In this document: positions 53,876 through 64,000 of the stretch, piece by piece
Position numbering within the stretch: position 1 is the stretch's first letter
How the letters are laid out: each line of letters starts with the position of its first letter
Assembly: GCF_009914755.1 (NCBI RefSeq)
Contig: NC_060931.1
Source: the human T2T-CHM13v2.0 reference genome, Homo sapiens
DNA length: 64,000 bases
Direction: 5' to 3' (one strand)
Made by a program: the position numbers and the translations under genes
The notes under the pieces: model-generated
What the model was told of the DNA's origin: nothing
Seen by the model: the letters and a program-made list of their open reading frames with translations, nothing else
The model's database searches: none

Positions 53876-55184
53876 TGAGACAGGATTTCACCACGTTAGC
53901 TAGGCTAGTTTTGAACTCCTGACCTCAGGTGATCCGCCCACCTTGGCCTCCCAAAGTGTTGGGATTACCAGCTTGAGCCACTGCGACCAGCTGGTTTAGA
54001 TATTTTTCTAAGCACACATGGATATACACAATACATATTCACACTATCAATTTATTTTTACCTTGAAACATTCTTAATGAGACAGTTACAGATCCATTTG
54101 TTTTAATGAAATGTAAAAGATATTTTTAAATTTTCTCTCCTAATACATATTTGTTGAGGAAATGCTTACCATTTCATACTCTTTATGGTCTTGCTGAGGT
54201 AAGGGTAACTTGGAGTAAGGGTGTAAGGGCTTGCCAATGAAAGCTAACTTAGTGCAGAATGAAAGCTAAATCCTGGGTTAACCTCGATTTCCTTCACATA
54301 TTAACTTGCTTTTTCTTGACTCTGCCATGATACTTCCTGAGCTAAGATTTCTATTTGCAGGTTAGTTTCTGAAGTGAAGAACCTTGTCTCAAGATAGCAT
54401 TGGTCTTTTATTTTACCCTGGGAGCTTCTGAGTTACTCTAGTTGTCAGCACGTGAAGTATTAGTAGTAGCAATAGTATAATACAGTAGTGTTAAAAATAC
54501 CTGTTTTTTTTTTTGCATTATCTCTAGGGAATTCAAAAGATTTTGTATAGATAAAATATAAATATTCAAAATGCTGTGTAATCCAACTCATACACTCAGT
54601 GAAATATGTGATATATATAATTCTAATTCTGTGTAAAGAATAACTGGAACTTTCTCAAAGGTATCTTTCTTAAAAATTTTATATGGTAGAATCCTATTTA
54701 GAGCTAGTAGTGTAACCCAATTTTCCTGCCTACTCATTTAATTCTGTTTTTAATCCCTCTGGTAACTGATTTGTTTTTGTTTTTATTTTTTATACAAAAT
54801 GGAAAGCAAATCTAGGGTAAATCATTTCTTAGTGACTGCATTTAGTATCTAAACTAATGTCATTTTTTTCTCTTAAGTATAGTAAAGCCTGTAGAGGTGA
54901 CGATGACAAAGTCCGACTTGTTTATTCTCTTCCCTTCTACTTTGAAAGATTAAGATCTTTTCCAAAAGAAGAACTTTTAGAATGTATGCTTCACAAGATT
55001 CTTAAATCAGTATCTTCCAGACATGGCGGGAGGTAGAGAATCTGAGAATAAAAAGTGCAAACTTTTTCTCTCTTAAACTTCTGTATCTGAAAGGTATGAA
55101 AGCAAGAGCTAATTCTCACTTGAGAATCCACCACAATGATTGCTTTCATTCTGAAGAAATCCATTTTGTAGCCAGATGGTATGG

Positions 55185-55292
55185 TATTTTCCATCCGAGA
55201 ATACAGAACCTGTGGATATGGAGGCCCAGCTGAAAGGGACATGAGCATCTGTGGATTTTGATTCACCCCCAGATACCAAAGGATGACTAAAT
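55185..55292. mobile_element. TcMar-Tigger fragment (MER2/MER8-type)
   Basis: AGAACCTGTGGATATGGAGG..., AAGGGACATGAGCATCTGTGGATTTTG, CAGATACCAAAGGATGACT. Confidence 0.6.
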
Positions 55293-56074
55293 CCATCAGG
55301 TCTCTGCTCAAACATCATTTCCTTAGGGAAGTTTTACCTGGTCTCCCTCTTTTTTGCGTTTTTCCTTCATCATAGGTGGTCATATATATATAATTTTACA
55401 TTTGTTTGCATATTGCTTGATATATGTCTGTTCCACCAGATTGTAAGCTTCGTGAGAGTAGATACTGTGTTGGTGTTCATTACCAAGCACAGTGCCTGAG
55501 ACATAGCAAGCAGTATTTATTTGAATGATTGTAGAAACCTGGCGAAACTCATTTGTAATATTTTACTTTACTTAGGCTTTTGTGGTACTATCTAACATTT
55601 TATAATTTTAGGAACTCAGGATGGGAAGAGATTCTAAATCATCTAAGAAAGCTCTGCTCTCCAAAGTTAAAAGTCTTCAGTCTCTTCTTGAACACATCCA
55701 GTGATAGGAAACGTAACCACCTACCAAAAGTCTGGTTGGTCTTTAAGATATTTGGATGGTTGGAAAGTTTTCCCAACTGAAATTTCTCCCTGAGCCTTTT
55801 TATTATTATTATTATTTTTTGGAGACAACGTCTCTGTGTTGCCCAGGCTGCTCTCAGACTCCTGTGCTGAAGGGATCCTCCTGCCTCAGTCTCCCAAGTG
55901 GTATCCCTAAAATTTTTACCTACTGATTTTACTCTGTTCTCTAGGGCTTGCAAAAGCAAGTATAGTTTTCATTTTCCTTATTGTCCGAGTCGTCCCTATT
56001 TTAGTTTACATATCCCTAGATCCTTCAACCTTGGGAAGGCAATAGGGAATGCTGGAGAGAGAGAGTTTGTGGAC

Positions 56075-56510
56075 TGCATTCGTTTCCTGGGGCTGCCATA
56101 AAACCACAAACTTAGTGGTTTCAAGAAACAGAAATGTATTCTCTCACAGTTCTGGAGGCTAGGAGTCTGGAATCAAGGTGTTCACAGGGTGGCGCTCCCT
56201 CAGGAGACTCTGGGGGAGAATCTGTTCTTTGTCTCTTCCAGCCTTTGGTGGCATTCCTTGACTTGTGGCTACATCACTCCAGTTTCTGCCTCCATGGTCT
56301 CATTGTCTCCTCTCCGTGTAATCTCTATCTGCTTCACCCTTAAAAGGACACTTGTCACTGGATTTAGAACCCACCTAGATATTTCAGGATGATCTCAAGA
56401 TCCTTAGTTACATCTCTAAGGACGCTTTCTTCAAGTGAGGTAGTATTCACAGGTGCCAATGGTAAGCATGTGAACATATCTTTTTGGGAGCCACAGTCCA
56501 ACCCACTATA
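56075..56510 (-). mobile_element. MaLR solo LTR (MLT1C-like)
   Basis: GTTTCCTGGGGCTGCCATAA...TCTCACAGTTCTGGAGGCTAGGAGTCTGGAATCAAGGTG...CAACCCACTATA. Confidence 0.85.
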
Positions 56511-56599
56511 GGAGCTCTGGGCTTAAATTCTGTTAATGTCACTTACTAAGTTTGCAACCTTGAGCATGTTATTTAACTTTTCTGAGTCTGAATCATCTT

Positions 56600-57234
<635 letters not shown>

Positions 57235-59025
57235 GAATTGCCTTAATTTTAAGACAGGGACAATAATGCCTTTATTATTGATTTGTGAAGATATAAGGAA
57301 AATTCATATTAAATACTTGGCACATGGTAGCTAACTCATTCAATGTTGCCTTCGACATACAGTAGTTGCACTACTGTCAGAGTCCCTGAGTATCCTGTGT
57401 GGCCTAGAACCCAGCATGAGAGTTGTAGGGCTGGTCCGATAAGTACAGGCTGCAGTGGCTCCGATTTTTTTTGCGTTCTGGACATCATTTAGCCAACTGT
57501 GAGGCAGTCTAAGTTTGAATTAGGTTTATCTGTAGCCACATCATAAGATTGGCTCATTAAACTTAGAATTGGTTAAAACCTCCAAATCTTTGTCATTGGT
57601 GATTGAACTTATATTGGATAAAGTATTTGGATGCAAGGGCACCCTCTAACATATTACATTGTGTGTTACAAGTGTTACATTAAGTCATACCGCGTAGTGC
57701 ATAGTAGGAGCTGAATGAATGCTGAATTTAATGTTACTGGGTGACTTAAAGGAGCATTTAAACTTACCTACTTTGGTGCTATCAGATTTCTTAAATGCTG
57801 TGATGAATACAAAAAGGGGAAGAAGTAGCAACTACACCAATTATGTTGGGCAGATGGATGCATCTTTATTCTCCTTCTGTGATCAGGAAATCAGGTACTC
57901 CTTCAGGTAATCAATGGCTGATCACCTTCAGGTTGATGGACAGCTTGCTTTTGATGCTTCTGTCAAGTGTGAGATGTGTATCCATTGCTAAAGTAACAAA
58001 TGTACATCTAATGATTTTCATATCTACTAGTATTTTTGGAATTTGCATTTGATATAAAAGACTAGAGACATAGGTGAAGTGGTATTTTTAAAATATTCAA
58101 ACTAACTAGGTTAGTGTGGTTTCTAATAAGTATTACATGCACATGGTTAAAAGGAATACAGTAAAAAGTGGGTTTCCCAGTTTCCCTTTCTGGAAACCAC
58201 CACTGCTAGCAGTTTCTTGCGTATTCTTCCACGTAGGCTAAGCAGAAATTGTGTGTTTGTGTCCTTCCCTTTTTAAAACACAAATGATAGCATATATGCA
58301 TATGGTTCTCCAGAAAGTGCTTTTGTTAATTAATTAATTTTTTGAGACAGGATCTCCCTCTGTTGCTCAGGCTGGAGTGTAGTTAGCACAGTCTCGGCTC
58401 ACTGCAGCCTCAGTCTCCCCTGCTCAAGCAGTCCTCCCACCTTCGTTTCCCCAGTAGCTGGGACTACAGGTGCCTGTCATCATGCTTGGCCATTTTTTTT
58501 TCTTTTTATTTTTTTCGTAGATACAAGGTCTCACCATCTTGCCCAGGCTGTTCTCAAACTCCTGGGCTCAAGCAATCCTCCAAAGTGTTGGGATTACAGG
58601 CATGAACCACCTTGCCCAGCAAAAGTGCTTTTTTAAAAAAGAGTAACATTTTGTATCCTGATCCTCAAGACCTTTGTAGGACTCCAAGTTTTTTGTCCTG
58701 TTGTTGATAGGGCACCAAATTCCATAGCTTTCCATTACAATTTGATTGTGTGGGGTGCATTTCCAAGAGAATTGACTATTATATATAGTCTTTTGTGAAA
58801 GAATTGTCCTTATAGGCTGACTCAGTTTCTACCAGGGAAATAAAACTAATTTTAATTCAGGTCACTTATTTAGAAAGCAAGTAAAGAAAAACCCATCAAT
58901 TGAAATTGGTTTAACACATTATCTTGGTATTGCTTGTACCCTTTTCATGGTTGCTAAATGAATGACTCATTTTGATTATATTGACAGCAGAGCTAAATAA
59001 ATTATTTCAAGAGCCTGGTAAGTAG

Positions 59026-61141
<2,116 letters not shown>

Positions 61142-62346
61142 TTAAGCTATTTGAGGGTCGAACTAATCATCCTAATATCCCCTTTCAGTTCCTGGTCCAG
61201 AACTTTACACAGAAAAGGTGCTCAAAGGATATTTGTTTAATGAATGTGGTATGCTGACATTTAAACAGGACAAAACTTGGTGAGTAAAATTAATGTAGGC
61301 AGTCTCCCATCCATTCAGGCAGCTTTTCCATAGACGTTTGTGAGAATAGAGTGAACAAATGGAATGTGGATGATATACACTTGGTAAATGCAAATGATGA
61401 AATAAAAGAACAAAATATAAGGTGATAGTACTTACAGAGCTAACAGTCTGAGCCTTGCCTGGGTCCTATTAATGAGTCCTCTACTTTCTGTGTCTTTAAA
61501 TTTGTAATGGTCTCTTAGAGAGAGGGTCCTCAACTAGGATGGATCTGATCTGAAAAGCAAACATTCAATTTAAATTTCAATAGTTCTCTGCTTGTGCTTG
61601 ATCTAGTAATGTCTTTTCAAAAGGGATTATAGAAGGTGAATGTTAAAACAAATCATTTTGATTTTCCATAGTGAGTTAAGAAATACATTTTGTTGTTCCT
61701 CTTCTGCTTTCTAAGTAATATGTTGGGCTTCTTTCTTGTTTTGTCGTTGTGAGGCATAGTCCGAGGAAACCTTTGTTTTCTATAAATCCTGATATTCTTT
61801 GGATTGGAAGAGGCAGTTTCCTGAATAAGAAAGAGTCTGACTACACTGGGTAAATTGTCAGATTATTTTGTCCTCACAGAAGTTAAAGTGTAAAATTGGG
61901 TGAGGGCATTGCTTTGAAAGAGTATTTTTATTTATTCTTTTAAAGAAAGTAGATTAATAAAAAGATTGATCAGTTCAAATACCTGGAATATTTAAACCAG
62001 TTTTATGTTAACCTAAAAAAATTATTTTGTAGGCATTTCGAAGTTTGACCTCCTTTTTGTCCTAAATTGATTTTAAATCAGTATCAAATGCTGAGGACCA
62101 GTAAATGAAACACTCATATGTTGTTTTGAGCAAAATTTTTTATATTATGAAAATATTATAACTTTGAAGTTGATACTTAAAATACTTGAGCCAAAGTTTC
62201 TGCCTTTATGTGGGACATTTTCATGAGCTTTCTTATATCAGTTTGCTTACTTACTTTTCATAGAGTTGAGCGAGACTATAGCAAGAGACCCAGGGACATC
62301 TTAACATCCTTGAATATTTCTGAATCTTTCTAAGGAATTTGATTTA

Positions 62347-62674
62347 ATTTTTTTTTTTTGAGACAGGGTCTTGATTTGTTACCCTGATGTGATCACTGCT
62401 CACTGTAGCCTTGATCTCCCTGACTCAAGCAGTCCTTCCACCTGAGCCTCCTGAATAGCTGGGATCACAAGCGTGCGCCACCATGCCTTCCTTCTTTTTA
62501 ATTTTTTTGTAGAGATGGGGTCTCCCTATGTTGCCAAGGCTGGTTTTAAATTTTTTCTAGAAACGAGGTCTCGCTATATTGCCCAGGCTGGTCTTAAATT
62601 CCTAGCTCAATCAGTTCTCCCACCTTGGCCTCCTAAAGTGTTGGGATTATAGGTGTGAGCCATGGAGGCTGGCC
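62347..62674 (-). mobile_element. AluJ-like with a diverged internal ~49-bp duplication
   Basis: TTTTAA..TTTTT..AGA..G.GGTCTC.CTAT.TTGCC.AGGCTGGT twice at ~62495-62593. Confidence 0.8.
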
Positions 62675-63101
62675 AGGAACTTGATTTTCAGGGAGAAGCC
62701 TATTCAGTGTTTCCTTGGACTTCCTCAGCCTGGTTTTATCATAGCATATTATAAGATGATAAACTGAAACCATCTGATTTGAAATCACCAACCTGGGAAA
62801 TACCAGTCAGAAATTAATTCTATTTTTATGACATTCTTAAAAGACTGTTTAAAACTGACCAAAGTAAAAAATCTTCTTTTAGAGTTATAAGTGTGTAAAA
62901 AAAGGCATATTCAAAATAATGTATATATTTAAGTTTACTGGACAGATTTAAATTTGTGTTCTTTGTGTAAGGCATAGATTGGAATGTTTGCTACAGGTAT
63001 TTTTTGGAACACGGATTTCAGATTGCTGTTTGCTTATAAATATGCATGACTGCTGACCTTCAGAACTGCTTTAAATTTCTCAAAAAATTTTCTCATTATA
63101 T

Positions 63102-63388
63102 GCCAGGCTTAGTGGCTTGTGTCTGTAATCCCAGCTACTTGGGAGGCTAAGTCAGGAGGACTGCTTGAGGCCAGTAGTTCGAGACCAGACTGGGCAACAT
63201 AATAAGACTGCATCTCTAAAAAAATTTTAAAAATTAGCTGAGCGTGGGTAATGTGCACGTAGTCCCAGCTGCTTGGGAGGTTGAGGCTGAAGGATTGCTT
63301 GAGCCTAGGAGTTTGAGGCTACAGTGAGGTGTGATCATGCCACTGCACTCCAGCCTGGATGACAAAGGGAGACCCTGTCTCTTAAAAG
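63102..63388 (+). mobile_element. AluJ-like
   Basis: Diverged dimer. Confidence 0.88.
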
Positions 63389-64000
63389 AATTTTCTTATT
63401 ATAATAGATACATTTATCTCTGATTTACTCAGTACTATAACCCCATTTAAGTAGTTTGAAGAGATTAGGGTTAAGTCCTACTGTTTTTAGTATGACTACA
63501 GTAGTTGCCACTTTAAACAATTTTTGAAATACTTTAGGCATAAAAAAGGATATAGAACAATATAATAAATTCCATATACCTACTACCTAAAGTAATAAAA
63601 ATCACAGTTATTGTTGAAGCTTATTAGGCACCCCTTCCCCATCCTAGTCCTCTCCCTTCCCAGCTGTGACCATTATTCTCAATTTGATATTTATTCTCTC
63701 CCTGCATTTTTACAAACTTTTTCTGTATATATATATGTATCCACTGAAAAAAAAAACAATGTTTGGATTGCAGGGAAAACTAAAAAGTGTAATATTGTTT
63801 TATATGTTTTTAAGCTTTGTATAAGAGGTTAAACTTTATTGGTACATGTAGTTATAGTTTACTCACTTTAAATGCTGTAGATATTTGATATAATGGAGTG
63901 TGAAAGTAATACATGTTTTTTGTAGGGAATTTTAAAAATAAAGGGAAGTATGAAGATGATAAAAATTTGTAGCCCAGCTATCCAGAGATACTACAGTCAA

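Noticed and set aside
57843-58052. Possible internal exon near CAG|GTAATC
   Set aside because: No convincing acceptor or recognisable reading frame

Overview
Primate (human-like), Alu-dense genomic DNA with no intact cellular coding exon that I can recognise. Main elements: (1) a degraded ~8.5 kb gammaretrovirus-like provirus at 9299-17813, with LTR2-type LTRs, a tRNA-Glu PBS, a PPT and a 4-bp TSD. Its interior is a mosaic (HERV-E gag MA, AT-rich non-coding block, HERV-I-like IN end and env, HERV-E pol and env), matching the known Harlequin recombinant, and it carries two later Alu insertions. (2) A chimeric retrocopy at 34251-35735: a short 5' U6 snRNA fragment joined to a 5'-truncated L1PA, with a possible 3' transduction. 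(3) A CpG-island promoter and first exon (~42450-43850) of an unidentified + strand gene, with (CGG)6, a strong-Kozak ATG whose frame stays open to a GAG|GTGAGT donor at 42951/42952, and probably >21 kb of intron 1. The remainder is roughly 60 Alus (only a selection listed), old L1M/L2/MIR, MaLR/ERVL LTRs and DNA transposon fossils. I found no clearly new biological system; the best leads are listed as findings. Repeat subfamily names come from recalled consensus sequences and need confirming with RepeatMasker/Dfam.
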